A DNA stretch of 64,000 nt, taken from IMG/VR virus record IMGVR_UViG_3300043467_001216. One strand, written 5' to 3'. Position 1 is the stretch's first letter, and every line of letters starts with the position of its first letter. The translations under genes and the position numbers were made by a program. Origin of the DNA: a virus. Its lineage: Duplodnaviria; Heunggongvirae; Uroviricota; Caudoviricetes. The notes beneath the pieces were generated by a model. That model was not told the origin of the DNA. It did no database searches and worked only from the letters and a program-made list of their open reading frames with translations. Of the stretch, positions 46,736 to 54,331 are shown one piece after another.

Positions 46736-46940
46736 ATATGATAAAATGTTGGAGCGTTTAATTGAGGATGCTTTAAAATATGGTTCAGGTTTGGAGGCGG
46801 CTATAGACCATCTTAATCTGGGTTTTGTTCATCTGTATAGACATTTAAATGGTGATGATAAACAAAATCTGTTACAAGACTTACAGGAGTATAATGAAAA
46901 ACTAAAAAAGATATTAGTGGATGAAGGAGATAGCGTTTAG
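46722..46940 (+). CDS. hypothetical protein
   Basis: 72-aa ORF. Confidence 0.5.
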   Translation: MENDKYDKMLERLIEDALKYGSGLEAAIDHLNLGFVHLYRHLNGDDKQNLLQDLQEYNEKLKKILVDEGDSV

Positions 46941-47100
46941 TATTGGTGGTTTGTTGGTATTCTTAACTGTTATATTAATGGTTAATTATTCTTTGAGATT
47001 AAAAAGTTTTGGGTTCGATAATAAGAAGTATTTTAATTTTTTAGTATATTTGTTATTCGTAGAAATGTTATTATTAGGAATCAGTCAAATTATACTTTAA
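46921..47100 (+). CDS. small membrane protein (59 aa)
   Basis: two hydrophobic helices; below track cutoff. Confidence 0.35.
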   Translation: MKEIAFSIGGLLVFLTVILMVNYSLRLKSFGFDNKKYFNFLVYLLFVEMLLLGISQIIL

Positions 47101-47104
47101 GATT

Positions 47105-47359
47105 ATGGCAGCAATTACAATGAGTGAGGTGAAGATAGGTAGAACAACATATCCTGTTAAGAGTGGTGATTATATTTTATATAATGGTGCTTGTTATCAG
47201 TTTATAGCTGGTGATGGTAGAACTTTGAAACAAGAAGGTTTTACCGGTTATAGTAATTTGAAAATGCCTATGACATTAATTAAGAAAATACCGTTCATCA
47301 GAATGACAAAAGTTAGTTTCAATAAAAATGGGGTGGATTTAGTAAAATGGTATTTCTAA
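47105..47359 (+). CDS. hypothetical protein
   Basis: 84-aa ORF. Confidence 0.5.
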   Translation: MAAITMSEVKIGRTTYPVKSGDYILYNGACYQFIAGDGRTLKQEGFTGYSNLKMPMTLIKKIPFIRMTKVSFNKNGVDLVKWYF

Positions 47360-47685
47360 ATATAAGGATTACCAAACTCTTTTAAACTATTAAACATATC
47401 TTCGATACGTTTACATTCTTTAATGAAGTTAGATGCAATCTCAGGGGGTAATTGGAACCATTCAGTTCCCCCTTCCAACAAATACTTAAAGTAATCTCGT
47501 TTCATTACCGTTTCAATTTTTGTGTAGTATTCTGATTGGTGTTTACGTAGTAAGACTAACTCGTGAGGGTTTGAAGTCTGATGGGCTTTTAGTCTTAATT
47601 GGGGGTCATTTTTTGAGATACCGATTTTATATCGTTCAGGTTCGGAACCCCATTCAACTATTAGATATACATAACCATAATCCAT
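47356..47685 (-). CDS. T5orf172/GIY-YIG-like domain protein
   Basis: GYVYLIVEW....YKIGISKNDPQLRLKAHQTSNPHEL......EWFQL pattern. Confidence 0.65.
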   Translation of the reverse strand: MDYGYVYLIVEWGSEPERYKIGISKNDPQLRLKAHQTSNPHELVLLRKHQSEYYTKIETVMKRDYFKYLLEGGTEWFQLPPEIASNFIKECKRIEDMFNSLKEFGNPYI

Positions 47686-47720
47686 ATGGTTAAATGTAAA
47701 TCAAGGGGATTTTAAGTAAA

Positions 47721-48191
47721 TTATTCTTCCTTTCTTATGAATTTTATTTTATTAACATCAATATCAACACTACCCATATATTCAGGGTCTAATTCACCAT
47801 TATAGTACATTTTTGTGTAGAATTTATATTCTTTTGGTAAATATCTGTGATACTTGTTAAGTTGTTTTTTTAAGTCAAAATAGTCCTTAAAACAAGGTCT
47901 GTTTTCAAAACCATCCATTGATGAGTATTGTAGTGGTGCACATAAAGAATAACCAGTCCTCATAAATTCATATTCACTAAAATAGCTAATTACAGGTACT
48001 TTAAAATAATCAGATAATTTATCAACATCTACTATAATATCAATACCAACTATTGTTGAATATCTATTAGGTTCATTATCGGTAAATTCCCAACCAACAA
48101 TATACGGGTATTTTTTATGAATTGTTTTAAGCAACATATCAATACCTTTTAATTGGTTTTCGGTTGGTTCATCTCTAAAAATCTTGAACAT
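47721..48191 (-). CDS. hypothetical protein
   Basis: 156-aa minus-strand ORF. Confidence 0.6.
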   Translation of the reverse strand: MFKIFRDEPTENQLKGIDMLLKTIHKKYPYIVGWEFTDNEPNRYSTIVGIDIIVDVDKLSDYFKVPVISYFSEYEFMRTGYSLCAPLQYSSMDGFENRPCFKDYFDLKKQLNKYHRYLPKEYKFYTKMYYNGELDPEYMGSVDIDVNKIKFIRKEE

Positions 48192-48226
48192 ACAAATAAA
48201 TAGTTTTGTTTTTAAAATTAAAAAGT

Positions 48227-48234
48227 TATCTTTG
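48227..48234 (+). promoter_or_regulatory. Bacteroidetes-type -7 box
   Basis: TATCTTTG 19 nt before ATG 48254. Confidence 0.45.
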
Positions 48235-48253
48235 TTCTATAAATATATCACTT

Positions 48254-48493
48254 ATGAGAAAGACGTGTAATGTAGTTGAAATGTTAGAATACGCAAATAT
48301 GCAATTGGCTAGAACTGATGAGTTTGCAACTAAAGATTTTAAAGTCGGTATTAGTGTAATGATTGAACATATATTACACTTAACAGGTAATTATTCAGGG
48401 TTTATGTTTATTAATAACGAAGATTCTGACACAGGAACGTTAGGTTATTACAGTAGATATTATTTTACTAACAGAAAATTGGAGAAAAAATGA
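48254..48493 (+). CDS. hypothetical protein
   Basis: start moved from TTG 48206 to ATG 48254. Confidence 0.5.
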   Translation: MRKTCNVVEMLEYANMQLARTDEFATKDFKVGISVMIEHILHLTGNYSGFMFINNEDSDTGTLGYYSRYYFTNRKLEKK

Positions 48494-48867
48494 CATACGA
48501 TGAAATGAAAGAGTTTTTGGAGTCCATTGGTGGACTTGAAAATGGGTTTTTTACTGACAGACCCCCAATCACTGACCCACATTTTTTTGGTGTTAAGGAA
48601 GGTTGGTATCAATTAATCAAAGACTTGATTGTGGACCTAAATGAAATGGGTTGGGATAAACAGGTGATGCAAGTTAAAGAGAAATTTGGTGGGTTAAGAT
48701 TCTATGTGAATTCACATATTGAAAATGATGATTTACACAATAGAGTATTCAAAGCAGAAAAAGATAGTTATAAAATTTGTGAAGTATGTGGGGAACCTGG
48801 TAGAGTAAGAAATAACGGGTGGTATATGACCTTATGTTATTCACACAGAAGAGAAGGAGACGATTGA
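48490..48867 (+). CDS. hypothetical protein with C-terminal CxxC..C.H cluster
   Basis: ATGA overlap; CEVCGEPG....LCYSH. Confidence 0.6.
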   Translation: MTYDEMKEFLESIGGLENGFFTDRPPITDPHFFGVKEGWYQLIKDLIVDLNEMGWDKQVMQVKEKFGGLRFYVNSHIENDDLHNRVFKAEKDSYKICEVCGEPGRVRNNGWYMTLCYSHRREGDD

Positions 48868-49272
48868 ATGAAAAAGGTTAGTTTTGATTATGATGGAACA
48901 TTGGCATTACCCGCAGTGGAGGAGTTTGCTAAGGAGTTAGTGGACCAAGGTTATGATGTTTGGGTGGTCACTTCAAGAGTGGGTGATGACAATTTAGATA
49001 AGTCATTCCAACCTTGGAAATCACCTGATTGGAATAAAGATTTGTGGGACACTTGTTTAAATGTGGGTATACCTAAAAGTAAAGTTGTATTCACAAGTTT
49101 TGTGGATAAGATTGAATTTTTAAAAGGAAAGAATTATATTTTTCATTTAGATGATGATTTGTATGAGTTAACCGCAATTATGGAATCCAAAGATGGTTGT
49201 ATGCCATTGAATGTTGGTCACTCAGATTGGAAAAGAAATTGTTTAGAAGAATTAGAAAAACATAAAATATGA
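48868..49272 (+). CDS. HAD-superfamily hydrolase
   Basis: VSFDYDGTLA (DxDGT motif). Confidence 0.6.
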   Translation: MKKVSFDYDGTLALPAVEEFAKELVDQGYDVWVVTSRVGDDNLDKSFQPWKSPDWNKDLWDTCLNVGIPKSKVVFTSFVDKIEFLKGKNYIFHLDDDLYELTAIMESKDGCMPLNVGHSDWKRNCLEELEKHKI

Positions 49273-49634
49273 AAAAAAACAGACGTAGAGCGGTCCACGC
49301 TGAGTTAATTAGAGAAAGTAGAGATAACCCAGGTTATTTCAGGTATAACATTACCATCAGGGAAAAAGATGGAATGGAACACATAGTTCCTGCTTATGGT
49401 AAAGATATGCAAGATGCGATTGAAAGATTGTTATGGAATGAACGTGTTGGTAAGGTAACCAAATCAAAAATAATGGCACCAAGTTTTGCTATATTATTAC
49501 TTGCCGTTGTTGCATTATCAGGTATGACGGGTGTAATCTACGACAATCCATTATGGGTTGCTGGTGGTCTTGGATTTTGTGGTGTTTCATTATTATTAAC
49601 ATCATTGGTGGATAAATATTTAAATAGAAAATAA
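49269..49634 (+). CDS. membrane protein
   Basis: two C-terminal hydrophobic helices. Confidence 0.55.
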   Translation: MKKNRRRAVHAELIRESRDNPGYFRYNITIREKDGMEHIVPAYGKDMQDAIERLLWNERVGKVTKSKIMAPSFAILLLAVVALSGMTGVIYDNPLWVAGGLGFCGVSLLLTSLVDKYLNRK

Positions 49635-49635
49635 T

Positions 49636-49872
49636 ATGACAAGTAGAGATTTTGCGTTTTGGTTGCAAGGATTCTTTGAAGTTGCAAACCCAATTTCTAT
49701 CGGTTCAAAAGAAACTGAAATGATTAAGAGACATTTAAATCTTGTTTTCAAACACGAGATTGACCCGGCAATGGGTGATGAAAAACACCAACAAGTGTTG
49801 AATGAAATTCATACACCAAGTAAATGGCCGTCAACATTTTCAAATCCTGATAAAGAAATATTACGTTGTTGA
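49636..49872 (+). CDS. hypothetical protein
   Basis: 78-aa ORF. Confidence 0.5.
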   Translation: MTSRDFAFWLQGFFEVANPISIGSKETEMIKRHLNLVFKHEIDPAMGDEKHQQVLNEIHTPSKWPSTFSNPDKEILRC

Positions 49873-49874
49873 TT

Positions 49875-50063
49875 ATGAGTGAATTTGAATTACCTAATTA
49901 TACTACATCAGAGTGTAGTGATGGACCTAAGTCAGGTGCTGTTGTATTAAAAGAGTTCGTTGTTCGATGGGATTACAATGGTGATGGTAGTATCACCGTA
50001 TCATTGAATAATAGTGACGATAAACTAATCCAAAGTTTGGAACATACAAAATCAAAAGTATGA
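49875..50063 (+). CDS. hypothetical protein
   Basis: start moved to ATG 49875. Confidence 0.45.
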   Translation: MSEFELPNYTTSECSDGPKSGAVVLKEFVVRWDYNGDGSITVSLNNSDDKLIQSLEHTKSKV

Positions 50064-50320
50064 GAATTGATTATTTAACGGAGAATTTTGAAGGTGAAGA
50101 TTTTTTGGTTGCGGATGGTTTTGACGATGCCATTATTGGTGTTGACGAAAATAGTATGAGAATTATATATTCTGTGACTAAATCCATTGAAATTTTAATG
50201 AAAGAAAATATGACATATGAAGAAGCTAATGAGTATTTTTACTTTAATGTTAGTGGTTCTTATGTTGGTGATAAGACACCGATTTGGTGTTACGATAATT
50301 GTTTAACAAACCAAAACTGA
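50060..50320 (+). CDS. hypothetical protein
   Basis: ATGA overlap. Confidence 0.5.
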   Translation: MRIDYLTENFEGEDFLVADGFDDAIIGVDENSMRIIYSVTKSIEILMKENMTYEEANEYFYFNVSGSYVGDKTPIWCYDNCLTNQN

Positions 50321-50324
50321 TATT

Positions 50325-50474
50325 ATGTTAGAACTAGTAAAAATAAGTCACAACGCTGATAAAGCAACTGCGATTAGACTAATATCGCAAACATTGGAAA
50401 ATTATGGGTTAGTGGTTAAAGTCCACGAGATTAATGATGAAGAAACGGTATATTCAATTGATGTTTTAAAATAA
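50325..50474 (+). CDS. small hypothetical protein (49 aa)
   Basis: below cutoff; fills the gap. Confidence 0.3.
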   Translation: MLELVKISHNADKATAIRLISQTLENYGLVVKVHEINDEETVYSIDVLK

Positions 50475-50480
50475 AAAAGT

Positions 50481-50750
50481 ATGGGTATTTCAATTCACGT
50501 TGATTTAGATGAGGTTTACGACCAAATGGATTCTTGGGATAAAAAAGAAATGGTTAGTTTCCTTCGTCATGATGGTTATTTAACTGAGGAAAAAACACCT
50601 ATTAATGAAGGTGTTAGAATAGAAATACCATTGGATGCGACATTTGAACAGGAACAACATTTAAGGATGATTTCAAAGTTAGGTGGATTATTTTATCGTA
50701 TCAGTGATGAGGATATGGAAATAATTCGTAATATTGTAAAAAAGTATTAG
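50481..50750 (+). CDS. hypothetical protein
   Basis: 89-aa ORF. Confidence 0.5.
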   Translation: MGISIHVDLDEVYDQMDSWDKKEMVSFLRHDGYLTEEKTPINEGVRIEIPLDATFEQEQHLRMISKLGGLFYRISDEDMEIIRNIVKKY

Positions 50751-50754
50751 TGTT

Positions 50755-50976
50755 ATGAAGAAAAAAGATTTCAAATTCAATACAAAAGAACGTAAGTCAG
50801 TTAACGCAGACTTAAATGATTTCTGTTATTTGGCAAAACCTCACGACTTCATTGAAGTTACTGATTGGTCCAATCTTGATGGTTATGATATCACATTAAA
50901 TGATAAACATATCTCATTAACAAGAGGTGAGTTGGATGCAATTAAAGCGTTAGTTAAAAAATTAAATAAATTATGA
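50755..50976 (+). CDS. hypothetical protein
   Basis: 73-aa ORF. Confidence 0.5.
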   Translation: MKKKDFKFNTKERKSVNADLNDFCYLAKPHDFIEVTDWSNLDGYDITLNDKHISLTRGELDAIKALVKKLNKL

Positions 50977-51458
50977 ACTTATACGAAACATATCTTAATA
51001 CTAAATCATCAGGTTCAGTTGAAGATAGAATTGAGGTGATGAACGACATCATCAGACAAAATCCTAAGTTAATGGATTATATTGAAACCAAGATTGATTC
51101 CTGTTATGGGACTCACATTGTTTACTTGGTTAATATGAGGGTTAACGGTGAAGATATGTTGAAGATAGGTTATACCAAGAATTCTGTTGATGGTAGATTT
51201 GGTGAACATAGATATGCCGGTAGAGATAGTTTGGAGATTGTTGAGAAAATCCGAGAAGGTAAGTTACAAGCCAAAGGTGCGATTGAGTTTGAGAAATCAC
51301 TAAAAGAGAAGTTTAAAGACTTCAAAATCACGACTGATTTAACACTACCTGGTAAAGGTGAATTTTATGACATCGTATTCTATGATGAAATGATAAGGAT
51401 ATACGACGAAGAATATCCCAAATTTATAAATGTTATCGGTTTAAAGTCCCCTAATTAA
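50973..51458 (+). CDS. T5orf172-like domain protein
   Basis: HIVYLVNM......LKIGYTKNSVDGRFGEH........GEFYDI. Confidence 0.55.
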   Translation: MNLYETYLNTKSSGSVEDRIEVMNDIIRQNPKLMDYIETKIDSCYGTHIVYLVNMRVNGEDMLKIGYTKNSVDGRFGEHRYAGRDSLEIVEKIREGKLQAKGAIEFEKSLKEKFKDFKITTDLTLPGKGEFYDIVFYDEMIRIYDEEYPKFINVIGLKSPN

Positions 51459-51467
51459 TGTTAGGGG

Positions 51468-51482
51468 ATATTTATTTATATG
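51468..51482 (+). promoter_or_regulatory. ATATTTATTTATATG motif containing the start codon
   Basis: preceded by hairpin CCCCTAA-ttaatg-TTAGGGG. Confidence 0.45.
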
Positions 51483-52028
51483 AAAGTTATAATTACGGAA
51501 TCTAATTTAAAATATGTGATATTCAGATATTTTGATAATCAAAAAAGTAAAGGTCAACAACCTTATGTAAGTAGTAGACTGTATAAATTATTTAAAAGTG
51601 ATGAAGACACTTTGTTGGATTACTTATTTGATTACCTTGGTGGTAGAGACGGTGCTACTGAGGTTGCTAAAAAAATGTTAAAAGAATTACCTGATAGGAT
51701 TAAAATAAATGATGCACAATTTGAGGGTGAGTTTTATTATTCAATCTATGATGTAGGTAGTGAGATTAACCCATATGATGGTTATTTACCTGTGTTTATA
51801 GATTGTTATGGTGATGTTAATGGTGCTCCTGTATGGAATGATGATAATGGAGATTACGATTATATTGATACTACATTATATGATTGGTATTCGGAGTTGG
51901 ATATGACTGAAGGTTGGGAAGTAAAAGATACTTTTGTTTCAGATATTAATGGTCAATTTTTTGATTTGATAACACGATATACGGGTGTACCAATTAATGT
52001 TGAAGGATTCTCAGTAATTGATGGATAA
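51480..52028 (+). CDS. hypothetical acidic protein
   Basis: N-terminus MKVIITESNLKYVI. Confidence 0.6.
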   Translation: MKVIITESNLKYVIFRYFDNQKSKGQQPYVSSRLYKLFKSDEDTLLDYLFDYLGGRDGATEVAKKMLKELPDRIKINDAQFEGEFYYSIYDVGSEINPYDGYLPVFIDCYGDVNGAPVWNDDNGDYDYIDTTLYDWYSELDMTEGWEVKDTFVSDINGQFFDLITRYTGVPINVEGFSVIDG

Positions 52029-52032
52029 AAAA

Positions 52033-52058
52033 TAAACCCCCTTAATTGGGGGTTTTTT
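52033..52058. terminator. bidirectional terminator
   Basis: A-run, CCCCC-ttaatt-GGGGG, T6. Confidence 0.85.
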
Positions 52059-52059
52059 G

Positions 52060-52581
52060 TTATAGTTTACATAGAAGAATATCGTTGAATTTATATTGGG
52101 GAGTTCCTTCAGTTTCAAGGATGTCAATTCTATTAACATATCGTTTATTCATTGTGTCGGTTACTTTATACACACCTGATTTTTTACCAGCATTAGTAAT
52201 CAAAACCTCATCACCATAATCAAATTGACCTCCCCATCTTTTTAATAAGTTACGACTCATAGCAATCCATTTATGTTGACTTGCTTTCTTTGGGTTTATC
52301 TTATACATTCCCGCAGTTACCAATGGGTCCTTATCACATTGTTTGATTACCGGGTAATACATTGTTGCGGTTAAATGTTTCAAAACCTTTTTACTTTTCT
52401 TCAAGGTTTTAAACTGCATAGTTACCTCAACTGATTTAGGTTTCTCAACCTTAACAACTTTTTGTGTTTTGTGTTTTTCATTTAATTCCTTGGCTAAGTT
52501 CATCATATAGACTACATAGGAATGGTAATACATACCTAACACTAAAATAATTGCCGATTTAAAAAGTTCTTTCACATTCAT
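52060..52581 (-). CDS. 3D-domain (MltA/RlpA-like DPBB) cell-wall protein
   Basis: N-terminal TM helix; TATMYYPVIKQCDKDPLVTA....IAMSRNLLKRWGG.F.YGDEVLI......GVYKVTDTMNKRY..RIDIL. Confidence 0.65.
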   Translation of the reverse strand: MNVKELFKSAIILVLGMYYHSYVVYMMNLAKELNEKHKTQKVVKVEKPKSVEVTMQFKTLKKSKKVLKHLTATMYYPVIKQCDKDPLVTAGMYKINPKKASQHKWIAMSRNLLKRWGGQFDYGDEVLITNAGKKSGVYKVTDTMNKRYVNRIDILETEGTPQYKFNDILLCKL

Positions 52582-52676
52582 ACGTTTTATATTTAAGGGT
52601 TACGAATACGAAGATAGTTAATATTTAAAATTTGGGGGTCTTTTAATTTCCGAAATAAATTACTATAATTAGAGAT

Positions 52677-53063
52677 ATGAGTAGAGTTAATTTGATTGCA
52701 TCAACAGGGTTAATCTTCAATGAAGATAAGTCAATGGTATTAGGTGTGTCACGTAAAGACGATAAAACTAAATTTGGTTTACCTGGTGGTAAGGTTGATG
52801 AAGGTGAAACAATGTATGAAGCATTGGTTAGAGAGTTGAAAGAAGAAACAGGATTGGATGTTATTAAGGCGGTCCCGATATATTTCAGAGAAGATGGTAT
52901 ATACGTGACCGTGGTTTATTTGATTAGTGAATATTCAGGTGATATATATACAGAAGAGGCCGGTGTCGTTAAATGGGTTACATTTGAAGAATTGAAACAC
53001 GGGGCGTTCTCAGAATACAATACAATGTTGGAGGAACATTTGAAATTTATAAATTATATATGA
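52677..53063 (+). CDS. Nudix hydrolase
   Basis: Nudix box GLPGGKVDEGETMYEALVRELKEETGL. Confidence 0.85.
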   Translation: MSRVNLIASTGLIFNEDKSMVLGVSRKDDKTKFGLPGGKVDEGETMYEALVRELKEETGLDVIKAVPIYFREDGIYVTVVYLISEYSGDIYTEEAGVVKWVTFEELKHGAFSEYNTMLEEHLKFINYI

Positions 53064-53818
53064 ATATGAAGAAATTAATTTATTTTACATTAGGTAATAA
53101 TCCAAATTACTTAAAATTGGCTGATATGTGTATTAACAGTTTATATCATAATGGTTATGATGGTGATTTTTTATTTATAACTGACTTAAAGAATGAGATT
53201 TTAAACCAAATCAATTTTAAAACTCAACCTTATTTTTTAGAATTAAAAGAATCTTCATTGTTAGAATCGTCGGCGAATAAACTTAAAGTTTATTCATTTA
53301 ATAAAATAAATGAATATGATAAAATTATATTTTCAGATTTAGATATTTTATGGGTGTCGAACCCTGAAATAATTTTTAATCTTATTGATGAGGATAAATT
53401 TTATATGAGTAATGAAGAAGGGTTAATGACTGATGAATTATGGGGTGGTTTGTTGTTAACTGATACTGAAAAAATTGAAATTGACCAATTGAAAATTTTT
53501 GGGTTAAATTGTGGTCTATTTGCGTTTAATAACAAAATGATACCGTATTTAGAGCAGGTTGATTTATTTTTGAATAATAATTTAGAGTTACAAAATGTGT
53601 GTTTAGAACAACCATTTTTGAATGTTTATGTTTATCGTAATAATTTATATAATAATAAATTGAATGGTTTGGTTAGTCATAAAGGTTATCATTTTGTTAA
53701 TTCACCTTTAGATTTAATCAAATATGATGGTGTTGTTTTACATTTTGCAGGTGGTCCTGGTAATTATGATTTTAAATATGAAAAAATGTTGATTTATTTT
53801 AACGAATATTTTAAATAA
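53060..53818 (+). CDS. glycosyltransferase (GT8-like, DxD)
   Basis: IIFSDLDILW DxD motif; overall nucleotide-diphospho-sugar transferase layout. Confidence 0.6.
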   Translation: MNMKKLIYFTLGNNPNYLKLADMCINSLYHNGYDGDFLFITDLKNEILNQINFKTQPYFLELKESSLLESSANKLKVYSFNKINEYDKIIFSDLDILWVSNPEIIFNLIDEDKFYMSNEEGLMTDELWGGLLLTDTEKIEIDQLKIFGLNCGLFAFNNKMIPYLEQVDLFLNNNLELQNVCLEQPFLNVYVYRNNLYNNKLNGLVSHKGYHFVNSPLDLIKYDGVVLHFAGGPGNYDFKYEKMLIYFNEYFK

Positions 53819-53830
53819 ATAACGTGTTAT

Positions 53831-54031
53831 ATGTTGGTTGAGGGGGAATATAATTATGCTAAACTAATTACTATTGAAGGTGATGTTGTCGCGGTTGCGG
53901 TTATGGAAGTAGGTTCAGAGAATGAAGCTGGTGTTGTTAATTGGGCTTTAGATAATGATTTCACCTTAGTTAAGATTGACGAACAAGAGTTTTTGGATTT
54001 TGAAAGTGATTATGATATTGAACTTGAATAA
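53831..54031 (+). CDS. hypothetical protein
   Basis: 66-aa ORF. Confidence 0.5.
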   Translation: MLVEGEYNYAKLITIEGDVVAVAVMEVGSENEAGVVNWALDNDFTLVKIDEQEFLDFESDYDIELE

Positions 54032-54069
54032 AATTTTCACTCAGGTGTTGTGCATATCCAAAAGATAGT

Positions 54070-54077
54070 TATATTTG
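54070..54077 (+). promoter_or_regulatory. Bacteroidetes-type -7 box driving the sRNA
   Basis: TATATTTG with no ORF downstream. Confidence 0.5.
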
Positions 54078-54083
54078 TAGTGT

Positions 54084-54306
54084 GTGAGTGTCACACAGGA
54101 TGTCAGAACTCCTAACTTACAATCTGACCATTAAGTATCAGGTGAGATGATACGGGTTGATTACCCCAACTTAGTAAGTGAAACCATCAGGATGTCAGAA
54201 CTCCTAGTTCACAATCTGACCACTAAGAATCGGGTGAGGCGGTTCGGGTTAAACACCTCAATCCAAAGGATGAAATTTAAACCCCCAAGTACATTGGGGG
54301 TTTTTT
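54084..54306 (+). ncRNA. candidate phage sRNA: 5' hairpin, two tandem 92-nt pseudoknot-like units, intrinsic terminator
   Basis: no ORF on either strand; units start at 54096 and 54188 (46 of the first 52 nt identical); AGGA/TCCT interleaved with GTCAGA/TCTGAC; terminator CCCCCAA-gtaca-TTGGGGG followed by T6; 5' end approximate. Confidence 0.6.
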
Positions 54307-54316
54307 GTTTTATCTA

Positions 54317-54331
54317 ATATTTATTGATATG
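54317..54331 (+). promoter_or_regulatory. ATATTTATTGATATG motif containing the start codon
   Basis: identical to 15892 and 36986. Confidence 0.5.
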
